Position numbers and translations under genes: made by a program. DNA of 64,000 bases from Oscillospiraceae bacterium (GTDB lineage Bacteria; Bacillota; Clostridia; Oscillospirales; Oscillospiraceae): the NCBI GenBank assembly GCA_009785345.1, contig WQWL01000003.1:17331-81330 (forward strand), in the 5' to 3' direction. Positions within the stretch are counted from its first letter, which is position 1. The number at the start of each line of letters is the position of its first letter. This document shows, piece by piece, positions 18,109-28,909 of this stretch. The notes under the pieces were generated by a model, which ran no database searches, was not told where the DNA came from, and saw only the letters and a list, made by a program, of their open reading frames with translations.

Positions 18109-20725
18109 TGCCGTTGAGATGTTGCATTTGATTCCATTGGTCTCTTGTAATTAAAATGTTTCTTGGTTTTGAGCCTTCAAACGGTCCGACTACGCCCATT
18201 TCTTCCATCTGGTCGACAATGCGAGCAGCTCTTGAATAGCCAAGCTTTAGTCTTCGTTGAAGTAATGATACAGATGCCTGTCCGGTTTCCATTATCACAT
18301 CGACAGCTTGTGGCAAAAGATCATCATAGTCATTGGTGTTTGAACCTCCGGACGCTTGCCCGCCCGATGCTTTCATTGAGGCAGCTTTCTCGATTTCGTT
18401 CATTACCTCTTCGGAGTATTGAGTTTCTTCGCCCTTATCTTTAGCAAGGAATTCTATTACACCCTCACGCTCATCATCAGACACCCAAGCGCCCTGCAAT
18501 CTCATTGGTTTCGCTGCACCTGTTGGTGAATATAGCATGTCGCCATACCCAACAAGTTTATCCGCACTACTGCCGGAATCTAAGATTATTCTGGATTCAA
18601 GTGAGCTGGAAACTTTAAATGCTATTCGTGATGGGATATTTGCCTTTATTAGACCTGTGATAACGTCTGCACGTGGACTTTGTGTTGCGGTGATTAAGTG
18701 AATTCCAGCAGCACGTCCCATTTGAGCGATTCTGCAAATGGACTCTTCCACATCTTTCGCAGCCACCATCATCAAATCTGCGAGTTCGTCGATTATTACG
18801 ACAACCTTTGACATTGGTTCGCGCTCATCTTCTTCGTCTTTTGAGTTGCGAACGATTTGATTATAGCTCTCTATATCCCTAGCGTTCGTTTCAGCAAATA
18901 ATGTGTATCTCTTCATCATTTCAAACACAGCCCATTGCAACGCTCCTGCAGCTTTTTGTGCGTCGGTAACAACCGGAACGAGCAAGTGCGGAATGCTATT
19001 ATACGCTTTTAACTCAACCATCTTGGGGTCTATCATGATGAAACGCACATCTTCCGGACCTGATTTATATAGGATACTCAATATTATAGAGTTGAGACAG
19101 ACAGACTTCCCCGATCCGGTTGTTCCGGCAACAAGCATATGTGGGAGCTTAGTAATATCTCCAACGATGGGTTCGCCCGAAATATCCATTCCTATTGCAA
19201 AAGTCAGTTTAGATTTTGCCTGTGAAAAATTGCGTGATTCAATAACATCTCGCAAATGAACCTTACTGATATCTTTGTTTGGAACCTCGATACCGACTGT
19301 TGACCTGCGATTAGGCATTGCAGCAATACGAACGCCGTTTGCACCCAGTGATAGCGCAATATCATCTTCAAGGCTTGTAAGTTTGTTAAGCTTGACACCT
19401 GCTTCTAGCTCCGCCTCATATCTGGTAACGGTTGGACCTCGCGTTGCGTTGGAAATATGCACGTTTACACCAAAGCTTTGGAATGCTGTTTCAAGCCGTT
19501 CTGTGTTTTGCCTTACCTCACTATCGCCCGCACGCGATTGTGGTTTACCTTGTGATAATAAATCAAGTGGAGGAAATGTGTAACCATCACTTGAGACTGA
19601 TTGTGTAGGTACAATAAGTTCAGCATTCTTTTTCGCTTTTGCTACTTTTGGTGCCGGAGTTGACGGTTCAATGGGTTTAGGGGGGGGTGAGGGTGCAGGA
19701 GGTTCGACAAAGGCCGATGTTTTCTCCTCGACGATAAGTGGCATGAAAGATGTACGCTCACGACCTTTTCCTTCCATGAATGGAATATCTAATGGCATAT
19801 CATCTTTTCCATGTTGATTTTCATTTGTATCATCGACAGCATTATCAACAAACATTTTATCCGGAGTTTTTACACGCGGCTTATTGTTATACGTGCTGCT
19901 TTTACGCTCATTGGCATAATCCTCTGCAAAGTGGTCTATAGGTGGGCTTCCATTTTCATCAATAGGTATATCAATTTTTTTCTTTTTCCAAGAGGGGATA
20001 AGTGAACGTTTATAATTGCGACTTGAGCTGTTTTGATATGTTTGATGATTTCTGACAGGAAGATTTACAGCAGCAGCTTCATCCGTAAATTCGGATTCCG
20101 GCTCCGGAATGTATTCGCGCTTTTCGCGCTTATTGAACGCTTCGATTAATCCCGAAATCGTTGCGTTAAACGATACCATAAGTGACAGTGCCGCTAATAT
20201 TATGAAAGTTATTGATGCTCCGACTCCACCGAACAGCAATAGGAATAGTTCAGAAATTGTTCCACTTATTACACCACCCGATGAAAGCTCTGCACCACTT
20301 CTCCAAAGATCACCAATCATAAGGAATGAAAATTCGTATGAGTCAGCATTAACTAAAAATATATGTGCGAGTGATCCTGTTATAACAGTGAGCAAGAGTG
20401 TGCATGTTGTACGCAATCTGATCGGGCGACCCTTGTGAAATGCCAAAATCACCGCACACATGATGAGTGCCGGTGGCAATGCATAGAATCCATAGCCAAT
20501 AAGACGTCGAACAAATCCTGTGAAAAATGCTATAAATACAGGCTCAGTATCAAAGTAGCCGATAAAAGAAAGCACGCCAAGACCAAAGCAAACAATAGCC
20601 ATAGCCTCGCGTCTGCGAGGTTGTTTCGCTATACCTGTTTCGGTCTTGGTGCGTGAATTGGTACGTGTATTCTTTTTTGTTGAAGAGTTTGTTGAGGTTC
20701 TCTTTTTTCTGGTAGTTTGAGCCAT
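18071..20725 (-). CDS. ftsK: DNA translocase FtsK/SpoIIIE
   Basis: 884 aa. N-terminal TM segments, a Pro-rich linker, the motor domain (LVAGTTGSGKSV, VVIIDELADLMM) and a C-terminal gamma winged-helix (ASVSLLQRRLKLGYSRAARIVDQME). Confidence 0.95.
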   Translation of the reverse strand: MAQTTRKKRTSTNSSTKKNTRTNSRTKTETGIAKQPRRREAMAIVCFGLGVLSFIGYFDTEPVFIAFFTGFVRRLIGYGFYALPPALIMCAVILAFHKGRPIRLRTTCTLLLTVITGSLAHIFLVNADSYEFSFLMIGDLWRSGAELSSGGVISGTISELFLLLFGGVGASITFIILAALSLMVSFNATISGLIEAFNKREKREYIPEPESEFTDEAAAVNLPVRNHQTYQNSSSRNYKRSLIPSWKKKKIDIPIDENGSPPIDHFAEDYANERKSSTYNNKPRVKTPDKMFVDNAVDDTNENQHGKDDMPLDIPFMEGKGRERTSFMPLIVEEKTSAFVEPPAPSPPPKPIEPSTPAPKVAKAKKNAELIVPTQSVSSDGYTFPPLDLLSQGKPQSRAGDSEVRQNTERLETAFQSFGVNVHISNATRGPTVTRYEAELEAGVKLNKLTSLEDDIALSLGANGVRIAAMPNRRSTVGIEVPNKDISKVHLRDVIESRNFSQAKSKLTFAIGMDISGEPIVGDITKLPHMLVAGTTGSGKSVCLNSIILSILYKSGPEDVRFIMIDPKMVELKAYNSIPHLLVPVVTDAQKAAGALQWAVFEMMKRYTLFAETNARDIESYNQIVRNSKDEEDEREPMSKVVVIIDELADLMMVAAKDVEESICRIAQMGRAAGIHLITATQSPRADVITGLIKANIPSRIAFKVSSSLESRIILDSGSSADKLVGYGDMLYSPTGAAKPMRLQGAWVSDDEREGVIEFLAKDKGEETQYSEEVMNEIEKAASMKASGGQASGGSNTNDYDDLLPQAVDVIMETGQASVSLLQRRLKLGYSRAARIVDQMEEMGVVGPFEGSKPRNILITRDQWNQMQHLNGIASSDAENEGNG

Positions 20726-20753
20726 CCGTCACCTCTGTATAATTCGCATTACT

Positions 20754-21590
20754 TTATCGGAAGAAGGACCAGATAATCGTCATCAAACCAATGCCCCAGC
20801 AATAGTATGAGAAACTTCCGAGCTTTCGTTTTGCCATAACTCGTCTGAGTATTTGAATTGTAAAATAACCTACACCCGCGGCAACAACAAAGCCTGCCAA
20901 ATATGTGGGTAGTAGCGAGAAGTCAGCGCCTGCTCCAATTGCTCTGAAAATCGAGAGAATCGTTGCTCCAATTACTGCCGGTATAGAGAGTAACAATGAA
21001 AATCTAACTGCAAACGCTCCGGTTAAGCCACGAGCGAGTCCTACAGATATTGTGGTCCCGGAACGTGACAGTCCCGGCATGACTGCAACAGCCTGTGCCA
21101 GCCCAATAATAATTGCGTCAGTCAGAGTCATTGTCTTGTCAGTTTTCTTGCCTTCTTTAATATATCTACTTGCCACAAATAGAATAAAGCCGGTCGTTAT
21201 TAGCGCGAAACCAATAAAGAATGTGTTAAGGAAAAGTTGCGAAACAGGAATAAATAATATCAAAAATAATGGTAGTGAGCCGACAAGAACAAATAGCAAT
21301 GCTCTACCGGGAGGCTTGAGCACTACAGGCTCATCATTGTTTGAGTCCGACTTTAGCCGAAGATATTCGACACCATCGTTAATCATTAATTTTATATCTT
21401 TGTTGTAAACAGCACATATCGAGATTAGTGTGCCAAGATGTAGTAAAACGTCGAACAATAAGTGGTTTTCTTCATAGTATTCCATATTGAAAAGATTTTG
21501 AAGTATTGCGAGATGCCCTGAGCTGGAAATGGGGAGAAATTCTGCTATCCCTTGAACTAATCCCAAAAACAGCGCTATTAATACAGACAT
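20754..21590 (-). CDS. uppP: Undecaprenyl-diphosphate phosphatase
   Basis: 278 aa and polytopic. QGIAEFLPISSSGHL and PGLSRSGTTIS are the BacA/UppP signature motifs. Confidence 0.93.
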   Translation of the reverse strand: MSVLIALFLGLVQGIAEFLPISSSGHLAILQNLFNMEYYEENHLLFDVLLHLGTLISICAVYNKDIKLMINDGVEYLRLKSDSNNDEPVVLKPPGRALLFVLVGSLPLFLILFIPVSQLFLNTFFIGFALITTGFILFVASRYIKEGKKTDKTMTLTDAIIIGLAQAVAVMPGLSRSGTTISVGLARGLTGAFAVRFSLLLSIPAVIGATILSIFRAIGAGADFSLLPTYLAGFVVAAGVGYFTIQILRRVMAKRKLGSFSYYCWGIGLMTIIWSFFR

Positions 21591-21636
21591 AAGACGCCCC
21601 TTTCATAATGAGATGACAATACGGGTAAGTAAATCA

Positions 21637-23199
21637 CTATTCTGCGAGAGCTTCCAGTTCTTTTGCTATATCAAGACGCGGGAAGATTATTTCCCCTTTG
21701 CTGACGGTTACTGATTTCGATAGCTCGCCGTATGATGTGGCTGAGTTGTATGATGCTATAGAATCTGTTGCGCCGATTTGTGTGAAAATTTTATCGCATG
21801 ATTCCGGCATAAACGGAGTAAGCAGTACTGTGCAAATGCGTATGGTTTCCAATAGATTGTACAGCACGGCTGCGAGACGTGGGTTATTTGAGTCGTCTTT
21901 TGCCAGTACCCAAGGTGTTGTTTCGTCAATGTACTTATTTGCTCGAGATGTGACCTTGAATATTTCTGCAAGTGCATTTTGGAATGCGTACTTCTCCATA
22001 TGAGCTTCATATGATTCATGCAATGTTCCGGCGAGAGCTATTAACTCGTCATCTTCGGGAGCACTTTGATGTTCTGTCGGCAATGTGCCACCAAAGTACT
22101 TATCAACCATTGCGACAGTGCGAGAAACGAGATTTCCAAGATCATTCGCTAAGTCAGAATTTATTCTTGTAAGGAACAGCTCATCTGTGAAATTGCCGTC
22201 TGTACCAAATGTAAATTCACGCAATATGAAAAATCGCAAAGCATCAACGCCATAACGTTCTGCACGCAAATACGGATCTTTGACATTGCCTTTTGATTTA
22301 CTCATTTTATCACCGTCAAATAGCAACCATCCGTGACCATATACTTTCTTTGGAAGAGGCAATTCCAATGCCATGAGCATTGCTTGCCATAAAATCGAGT
22401 GAAGCCTTACTATCTCTTTTCCAACGAAATGCACATCGCAAGGCCAATATTTATCATAATCATTATATTTTTCATTGCCATAACCTAGTGCTGTAATGTA
22501 GTTGCTGAGTGCATCGACCCACACATACACAACATGGTCAATGTCAAAATCAACCGGAATACCCCATTTAAATGATGTGCGGGAGACACATATGTCTTCC
22601 AGCCCCGGCTTTAGGAAGTTATTTACCATCTCATTAACCCTTGTTGAGGGCTCAAGATAATCTGAAATCAACTCGGCAATCTTGTCGGCATATTTTGATT
22701 GGCGGAAGAAATATGCCTCCTCTTCTGCGTTTGCAACTTTACGCCCACAGTCAGGACAATTTCCATCAACAAGTTGACTTTCTGTCCAAAACGATTCACA
22801 TGGGGTACAATAGAGTCCTTTGTACACGCTCTTGTAGATATCACCTTTTTCATAGAGCGTACGGAATATCTTCTGAACTGCTTCTACATGATAATCATCC
22901 GTTGTTCGAATAAATCTATCATAGGAAATATTCATCAGCTTCCAAAGCTCAATTACACCGCCATCTCCACAGACAATTTCGTCAACAAACTCTTTTGGTG
23001 TGACTCCCGCAGCCTTAGCACTTTCTTCGATTTTCATCCCATGCTCGTCCGTACCCGTAAGAAACATGACATCATAACCACGCATTCGCTTATATCTAGC
23101 CATTGCATCTGCCGCCACAGTGCAATATGTGTGCCCTATGTGCAGCTTGTCAGACGGATAATATATTGGTGTCGTGATATAAAATGTTTCTCTTCCCAT
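21637..23199 (-). CDS. metG: Methionyl-tRNA synthetase (short form, no C-terminal tRNA-binding domain)
   Basis: 520 aa. HIGH motif (LHIGHTYC), KMSKS motif, and a Zn knuckle (CTPCESF..CPDCG). Confidence 0.95.
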   Translation of the reverse strand: MGRETFYITTPIYYPSDKLHIGHTYCTVAADAMARYKRMRGYDVMFLTGTDEHGMKIEESAKAAGVTPKEFVDEIVCGDGGVIELWKLMNISYDRFIRTTDDYHVEAVQKIFRTLYEKGDIYKSVYKGLYCTPCESFWTESQLVDGNCPDCGRKVANAEEEAYFFRQSKYADKIAELISDYLEPSTRVNEMVNNFLKPGLEDICVSRTSFKWGIPVDFDIDHVVYVWVDALSNYITALGYGNEKYNDYDKYWPCDVHFVGKEIVRLHSILWQAMLMALELPLPKKVYGHGWLLFDGDKMSKSKGNVKDPYLRAERYGVDALRFFILREFTFGTDGNFTDELFLTRINSDLANDLGNLVSRTVAMVDKYFGGTLPTEHQSAPEDDELIALAGTLHESYEAHMEKYAFQNALAEIFKVTSRANKYIDETTPWVLAKDDSNNPRLAAVLYNLLETIRICTVLLTPFMPESCDKIFTQIGATDSIASYNSATSYGELSKSVTVSKGEIIFPRLDIAKELEALAE

Positions 23200-23297
23200 G
23201 AAATATCTCCTTAATTACTACATATAATCAGCTAATTGTAACATATAATTACAAAAAAGAAAACACTTTACTTGGCATAGATATAAGTATGAAAACA

Positions 23298-23327
23298 TTG
23301 ACAACATATACCTTTCATATATATAAT
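23298..23327 (+). promoter_or_regulatory. Candidate sigma-A promoter of glyQS
   Basis: TTGACA (23298..23303), an 18-nt spacer, then TATAAT (23322..23327), about 40 nt upstream of the start codon. Confidence 0.5.
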
Positions 23328-23365
23328 ACCTTTCATTGCACAGATATTGTGCCATGGAGGGACAT

Positions 23366-24769
23366 ATGCTTAAAAACACTGAAAAAACTATGGACAAAAT
23401 TACTGCACTTTGTAAGGGTAGGGGATTTGTTTTTCCCGGAAGTGAGATTTATGGCGGACTTGCGAATTCATGGGACTATGGTCCTCTGGGTGTTGAGCTT
23501 AAAAACAACATTAAAGCTGCATGGTGGCAGAAATTTGTAAGAGAAAATCCGCATAATGTCGGTCTTGACTCGGCAATACTAATGAATCCCAAGATATGGG
23601 AAGCATCAGGTCATGTCACCACATTTAACGACCCGTTAATAGACTGTAAGGGATGCAAAATGCGTCATCGTGCAGACAATCTCGCTGAGGGTTGGAATGC
23701 TGAAAACAATGTGACTGACGTAAACATTGAAGCGATGGATGACGAAAGCTTGCTTGCATATATCAAAGAAAATAATATTGTATGTTCTCATTGTGGTAAA
23801 TCTGATTTTACTGATATCAGAAAATTCAACTTAATGTTTAAGACTTTTCAAGGTGTTACCGAAGAATCCGCCACACAGCTATATCTGCGTCCTGAAACGG
23901 CGCAGGGTATTTTTGTCAATTTCAAAAATGTTCAGCGTACGACACGTCGCAAGATACCTTTTGGTATCGGACAAGTCGGAAAATCATTTCGTAATGAAAT
24001 AACTCCAGGCAACTTTATCTTCCGTACTCGTGAGTTCGAACAATTGGAACTTCAGTTTTTTTGCAAAGAAGGAACTGATCATGAGTGGTTTGATTATTGG
24101 CGCACATTCTGTCATGAGTGGCTGCTTTCTCTTGGTTTGTGCGAAGAGAATATTCGCTTGCGAGATCACGATAAGCAAGAACTTTCTCATTATGCAAAAG
24201 CAACAACGGACTTTGAATTTTTGTTCCCGTTTGGTTGGGGTGAACTTTGGGGTGTGGCAAATCGTACTGATTTTGACCTTAGAGCACATCAAGAACATTC
24301 CGGAGAAAGCATGGAATATTTCGACCAAGAGTCGAATGAGAAGTTCATACCATATGTAATTGAGCCGTCACTGGGTGTTGATCGTTTGATGTTATCGGTT
24401 CTGGTTGATGCATATGATGAGGAACTAGTAGATGAAGAGAAAAATGATGTCCGCACAGTTCTGCGTTTGCACCCTGTTTTAGCTCCGATTAAATGTGCGA
24501 TTTTACCGTTGTCAAAGAAACTGTCAGAAAAAGCTGAAGAGATTGCTGCAAATTTACGTAAGAATTTCACTGTAGATTTTGACGAGACGGGCTCAATAGG
24601 AAAGAGATATAGAAGACAAGATGAAATCGGAACACCTTTCTGTGTCACATACGATTTTGAGTCAGAAGATGATGGCTGCGTAACCGTCCGTGAACGAGAT
24701 TCTATGGCGCAAGAGCGTATTGCTATCTCTGAATTGAATGAGTATATGTCGAATAAATTAACATTTTAA
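23366..24769 (+). CDS. glyQS: Glycyl-tRNA synthetase, homodimeric (GlyQS) type
   Basis: The N-terminus ..[43 protein letters not shown] is highly characteristic. Start placed at the ATG preceded by GGAGGG; the ORF track start at 23336 lacks an SD. Confidence 0.95.
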   Translation: MLKNTEKTMDKITALCKGRGFVFPGSEIYGGLANSWDYGPLGVELKNNIKAAWWQKFVRENPHNVGLDSAILMNPKIWEASGHVTTFNDPLIDCKGCKMRHRADNLAEGWNAENNVTDVNIEAMDDESLLAYIKENNIVCSHCGKSDFTDIRKFNLMFKTFQGVTEESATQLYLRPETAQGIFVNFKNVQRTTRRKIPFGIGQVGKSFRNEITPGNFIFRTREFEQLELQFFCKEGTDHEWFDYWRTFCHEWLLSLGLCEENIRLRDHDKQELSHYAKATTDFEFLFPFGWGELWGVANRTDFDLRAHQEHSGESMEYFDQESNEKFIPYVIEPSLGVDRLMLSVLVDAYDEELVDEEKNDVRTVLRLHPVLAPIKCAILPLSKKLSEKAEEIAANLRKNFTVDFDETGSIGKRYRRQDEIGTPFCVTYDFESEDDGCVTVRERDSMAQERIAISELNEYMSNKLTF

Positions 24770-24805
24770 TATTGAAAATAAAAGGTCGAAAGGAATGATT
24801 ATTTT

Positions 24806-25666
24806 ATGAATATTGATAAGGACACGCGCGATTTAAGGGTCGTAGCAGAGGGGATTCGTCTCGTTACGCTGCAAACATTTGCACATATCGGTTTTGGTCA
24901 TGTTGGTGGTGCAATGTCAATTGTGGAAGCACTTGCAGCACTTTACGGTAGCGAGTTAAATTGTGATCCCAAAAACCCAAATTGGGAAGAGCGAGACAGA
25001 CTCGTTATGTCAAAGGGACATGCAGGACCTGCTTTGTATGCAACACTTTGCTTACGTGGCTTCTTCAACAAAGATGTACTACTACAGCTCAATCAAGGCG
25101 GCGGTTCCCTACCGAGTCATTGTGATATGCAAAAAACGATCGGTATTGACATGACAACAGGCTCTTTAGGACAAGGTATTTCTACTGCTATAGGGCTTGC
25201 TCTAGGCAGTCGTTTGAACAATATTGATAACCATACATATCTCATACTTGGAGATGGCGAGTGTAATGAAGGTCAGGTGTGGGAAGGTGCGATGTTTGCA
25301 GCACACCATAAGATGGACAATCTAATTGCTTTTGTCGACTGGAACAAGCAACAACTCGATGGATATACGAAAGATATCTTAGATATGGGCGATATCGGTG
25401 AGAAGTTCAAGGCTTTCGGATGGCATACGCAAACAGTTGACGGACATGACCCAGGTAAAATAAAAGAAGCAATTATTGATGCAAAGAAAAATCCTAATGT
25501 ACCAAGTGCAATTATCTTAGACACAGTTAAAGGATATGGGTGTTATTTTGCTGAAAATGTTACAAGTAATCACCACATGAACTTTACAAAAGATGAAATC
25601 GAAAAAGCCGTAGAAATCGCGTCAGAAAAACTCGAAGAAGTACGCGAATTAGCGAAGAAAGGTTAG
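24806..25666 (+). CDS. Transketolase, N-terminal subunit (TPP-binding)
   Basis: 286 aa. Motifs seen: GHVGGAMS, SKGHAGPALYA, ILGDGECNEGQVWE. Confidence 0.93.
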   Translation: MNIDKDTRDLRVVAEGIRLVTLQTFAHIGFGHVGGAMSIVEALAALYGSELNCDPKNPNWEERDRLVMSKGHAGPALYATLCLRGFFNKDVLLQLNQGGGSLPSHCDMQKTIGIDMTTGSLGQGISTAIGLALGSRLNNIDNHTYLILGDGECNEGQVWEGAMFAAHHKMDNLIAFVDWNKQQLDGYTKDILDMGDIGEKFKAFGWHTQTVDGHDPGKIKEAIIDAKKNPNVPSAIILDTVKGYGCYFAENVTSNHHMNFTKDEIEKAVEIASEKLEEVRELAKKG

Positions 25667-25679
25667 GGGGTAAGAAGCT

Positions 25680-26645
25680 ATGTTTACAACACATGATACA
25701 TTTGAAAAGAACCCCAAGATGATGCGAGAGGTCTACTGTGATACACTCATCGAACTAGCTCTTGACAATGAAGACATTATAGTGCTTGATGCCGACTTAA
25801 TGAGTTCAATAGGAACGAAGCCATTTTTTCAACGTTTTCCGGACAGAGCCTTTAACTGCGGTGTTGCAGAAGCCAATATGATTGGAATTTCTGCCGGTTT
25901 ATCTGCAATGGGCAAAATACCATTTGCACATTCGTTCGGATGTTTCGCTTCAAGACGTGTATGCGATCAAATAATGATATCAGCAGCTTATGCATTACAA
26001 AATGTCCGTATTGTCGGTTCAGATCCAGGCGTAACTGCCGCATACAATGGCGGAACACATATGCCATTTGAAGATATGGGTGTTTTGCGTTCAATACCTC
26101 ATATCACATTAATTGAGCCTACAGATAATACCATGCTTGGGGATATTATCAAACAACTGGCCGTTGAAAAAGGTGTATATTATATTCGTATGGCAAGAAA
26201 GAATGCAGTTTCTATTTATGAAGAAGGTTCTAAGTTCAACATTGGGCGCGGAAATATACTTGTTGATGGAACAGATTTGACAATATTCTCAAGCGGAATT
26301 ATGGTCCATGAAGCACTAAAGGCAGCTACAACTTTGGAAGCTGATGGTGTTTCTACAAGAGTTGTTGATATGTTTACATGGAAGCCAATTGATGCAGAGC
26401 TTGTTGAAAATTGCGCACGTACTACTGGCGCGTTTGTAACTGCAGAGAATCACAATATCGTGGGTGGTCTTGGTTCTGCAATTGCTGAGGCTGCTGCGCA
26501 ACGTTGTTGTGTCCCTATCGAGATGGTTGGAGTAAAAGATAGGTTTGGTCAAGTAGGTACAGAAGACTTCTTGCGCAACGAGTACCGGTTGACCGCTGCA
26601 GAAATAGTTGCTGCTGCAAAACGCTCGATTGCCCGCAAGGGTTGA
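25680..26645 (+). CDS. Transketolase, C-terminal subunit (pyrimidine-binding)
   Basis: 321 aa. FNCGVAEANMIGISAGL and the C-terminal transketolase fold. It starts 14 nt after the N-terminal subunit gene. Confidence 0.93.
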   Translation: MFTTHDTFEKNPKMMREVYCDTLIELALDNEDIIVLDADLMSSIGTKPFFQRFPDRAFNCGVAEANMIGISAGLSAMGKIPFAHSFGCFASRRVCDQIMISAAYALQNVRIVGSDPGVTAAYNGGTHMPFEDMGVLRSIPHITLIEPTDNTMLGDIIKQLAVEKGVYYIRMARKNAVSIYEEGSKFNIGRGNILVDGTDLTIFSSGIMVHEALKAATTLEADGVSTRVVDMFTWKPIDAELVENCARTTGAFVTAENHNIVGGLGSAIAEAAAQRCCVPIEMVGVKDRFGQVGTEDFLRNEYRLTAAEIVAAAKRSIARKG

Positions 26646-26664
26646 TGAGGTTATAATATTCACG

Positions 26665-26757
26665 CCCGCAGTGGGCAATTTCCTCCGATTTTTTCGCTAG
26701 TACGGGTCTTATCGCCCTACATACGCGAAAAAACCGGAGAAAACTGCCCACTACGGG
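26665..26757 (-). repeat. Hairpin repeat family A, copy 2 (opposite orientation)
   Basis: The arms 26665..26697 and 26725..26757 pair as 29 Watson-Crick + 4 positions that are C-A on the plus strand but G-U on the minus strand. The loop is conserved with copy 1. The outer stem sequence is unrelated to copy 1. Confidence 0.75.
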
Positions 26758-26764
26758 CTAATCT

Positions 26765-27382
26765 GTGAATAATGGTAAATTAATGAGGTCGAAATTGGAT
26801 TATCATCAGCTTTTTTCTAAAATAGATCAGCTTTTAAACTCAAAAGAGCAAGTAATAGTTACGATTGATGGAATGTCAGGTGCAGGAAAATCTTCTCTTG
26901 CGGCATTGTTAAATGAAGCATATGATTGCAATGTGATATCTTTGGATTCGTTTTTTTTGAGAAGTGAACAAAGAGTTCCAGAACGTTTCGCGGAAATAGG
27001 CGGGAATATTGACTACGAAAGATTCTTTGATGAAGTTCATTCACCACTAAGAGCTGGAACGTCCTTTGAGTATCGGCCTTTTGACTGCAGAACAATGGAG
27101 TTAAATAACCCGACAAAAGTTGAACCACGCCCTCTGACCATATTAGAGGGCGTGTACAGCATGCATCCATACTTTACCCGTGGCAGTAATGCGATTGCAT
27201 CAAATAATATAAGTGTGTTTTTGAAAATTGATGAAACTGAACAGCGTGACAGATTAATTAAGCGCAATCCATTTTTATATGATAGATTTATAAATGAATG
27301 GATACCAATGGAAAAAGCATATTTTGAACATTTCAAAATTGAAAAACAATGTGACTTTGTGTTCGCGACGGAAACAAAATAG
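26765..27382 (+). CDS. Uridine-kinase-like P-loop nucleoside/nucleotide kinase family protein
   Basis: 205 aa. P-loop IDGMSGAGKSSLA..SLDSFF and the overall length fit the uridine kinase/PRK family. The start is uncertain (GTG at 26765 or ATG at 26783). Confidence 0.65.
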   Translation: MNNGKLMRSKLDYHQLFSKIDQLLNSKEQVIVTIDGMSGAGKSSLAALLNEAYDCNVISLDSFFLRSEQRVPERFAEIGGNIDYERFFDEVHSPLRAGTSFEYRPFDCRTMELNNPTKVEPRPLTILEGVYSMHPYFTRGSNAIASNNISVFLKIDETEQRDRLIKRNPFLYDRFINEWIPMEKAYFEHFKIEKQCDFVFATETK

Positions 27383-27393
27383 GAACAAAACGC

Positions 27394-27422
27394 TTGCATA
27401 AAACTACAAGTTGTTGTAAAAT
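27394..27422 (+). promoter_or_regulatory. Candidate sigma-A promoter of murA
   Basis: TTGCAT (27394..27399), a 17-nt spacer, then TAAAAT (27417..27422). Confidence 0.45.
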
Positions 27423-27493
27423 GACTCGAATCGGTTACAAAAGACATTTCTATAAATCTAGTGTATGTCCAAATTTTATAAAGGGGTGAGCCT

Positions 27494-28789
27494 TTGACAA
27501 AGTATGTCATTAATGGCGGAAAACCACTGTATGGAGAAGTTGAAATCAGCGGTGCAAAGAATGCTGCGGTTGCGATAATTCCGGCAGCCCTCATGGTCGA
27601 TGGCGTCTGTAGGATCGAAAATATTCCAGACATTTCAGATGTTAAAATTCTTCTGCAGATTTTAAAAGAAATGGGCGCGAAGCTGCGTTCTGTTGATAAA
27701 AGAACTCTTGATATTGACTGTTCGCGAGTAGGCACATCACACGCAACATTTGACACGATGCGCCGCATCAGAGCGTCATATTATATTATCGGAGCTCTGC
27801 TCGGACGCTTTGGCAGGGCTGATGTTGCTATGCCTGGTGGATGTAATTTTGGTGGTGTTCGACCGATTGACCAACATATAAAGGGTTTCACCGCAATGGG
27901 TGCAAATGTAAGCGTGAGAAACGGTATTGTTACCGCTGTAACAGATGATGGTCTCCATGGTTCAACTGTATACTTGGATGTTGTGTCTGTTGGTGCAACT
28001 ATCAACGTAATGCTTGGTGCAGCGCTTGCAAAAGGTACAACAATTATTGAAAATGCTGCCAAAGAGCCGCATATAGTAGACTTGGCGAACTTCTTAAATT
28101 CAATGGGTGCAGACATCCGAGGTGCTGGTACTGACGAGATTAAGGTTCGTGGTGTTACGCGCATGACAGGTGGATTTTACTCAATAATTCCAGATCAAAT
28201 CGAAGCTGGAACATATATGGCTGCAGTCGCCGGTGCAGGCGGAAGAGTGGTAATAAAGGATGTAATTCCTAAGCATCTCGAATGTATATCAACCAAACTT
28301 CGTGAAATTGGTGTTACTGTAACAGATATGGAAGACTCTGTAATTGTTCAAAGAGATGGTCCGCTTAAGCGCACTCACATAAAGACCATGCCATATCCCG
28401 GATTCCCGACAGATATGCAACCTCAAATGTCAACGGTGCTTTGCCTTGCTGAGGGAACAAGTACTGTGACAGAAGGAGTATGGGATAATAGATTTAAGTA
28501 TGTTGATGAGCTTGCAAAAATGGGAAGTTCCATACGCGTCGATGGTAGAACAGCCATAATCGAAGGCGTTCCATATCTTACCGGCGCACCTATTAAAGCA
28601 AGTGATTTGCGTGCCGGAGCGGCGTTAGTTATCGCTGGGCTTGCAGCTCATGGTAAGACAGTTATTGAAGGTGTCGTATATATTGAGCGCGGCTATGAAA
28701 AAATGATACAAAAACTTACAGACCTCGGTGCCGATGTAAAGGTAATATTTGAGCGCAACGAGCCAAGATTCAAGAAGAAAATAGTCTAA
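27494..28789 (+). CDS. murA: UDP-N-acetylglucosamine 1-carboxyvinyltransferase
   Basis: 431 aa. GAKNAAV, the catalytic-loop Cys region PGGCNFGGVRPID, and the EPSP-synthase-like fold repeats. TTG start preceded by AAGGGG. Confidence 0.95.
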   Translation: MTKYVINGGKPLYGEVEISGAKNAAVAIIPAALMVDGVCRIENIPDISDVKILLQILKEMGAKLRSVDKRTLDIDCSRVGTSHATFDTMRRIRASYYIIGALLGRFGRADVAMPGGCNFGGVRPIDQHIKGFTAMGANVSVRNGIVTAVTDDGLHGSTVYLDVVSVGATINVMLGAALAKGTTIIENAAKEPHIVDLANFLNSMGADIRGAGTDEIKVRGVTRMTGGFYSIIPDQIEAGTYMAAVAGAGGRVVIKDVIPKHLECISTKLREIGVTVTDMEDSVIVQRDGPLKRTHIKTMPYPGFPTDMQPQMSTVLCLAEGTSTVTEGVWDNRFKYVDELAKMGSSIRVDGRTAIIEGVPYLTGAPIKASDLRAGAALVIAGLAAHGKTVIEGVVYIERGYEKMIQKLTDLGADVKVIFERNEPRFKKKIV

Positions 28790-28819
28790 TATTACTAACA
28801 CTTAACTTAATAAAACTTC

Positions 28820-28846
28820 AAAGAGGTCGTTCATTCGACCTCTTTT
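28820..28846 (+). terminator. Rho-independent terminator after murA
   Basis: AAAGAGGTCG - ttcatt - CGACCTCTTT (10-bp stem) running into a T tract. Confidence 0.75.
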
Positions 28847-28880
28847 ACATTTATATGAATATAATTGTGTAATATTATCG

Positions 28881-28909
28881 TTGCAATTTGTTATGATATG
28901 CGATAGAAT
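28881..28909 (+). promoter_or_regulatory. Candidate sigma-A promoter of the pnt operon
   Basis: TTGCAA (28881..28886), a 17-nt spacer, then TAGAAT (28904..28909). The -35 lies inside the first copy of the direct repeat CGTTGCAATT. Confidence 0.45.

Noticed and set aside
23200-23365. T-box riboswitch leaders were expected upstream of the divergent aminoacyl-tRNA synthetase genes metG and glyQS.
   Set aside because: The shared intergenic region is only 166 nt. It contains a near-consensus promoter about 40 nt from the glyQS start. It has no sequence resembling the conserved T-box (AANNNGGGTGGTACCGCG-like) and no specifier or terminator helices.
24787-24803. A 17-nt exact match (cgaaaggaatgattatt) with 32421..32437 could be further copies of leader repeat family B.
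   Set aside because: The match covers only an SD (GAAAGGA) plus AT-rich start region. It lacks the complementary 5' arm and the rest of the element. A 17-mer coincidence in AT-rich translation-initiation regions of a 64-kb window is not improbable.
27037-27768. A 243-aa minus-strand ORF.
   Set aside because: It lies entirely antisense to the well-supported kinase-like gene and to the murA 5' end. It has no motifs and no SD. It is a typical shadow ORF.
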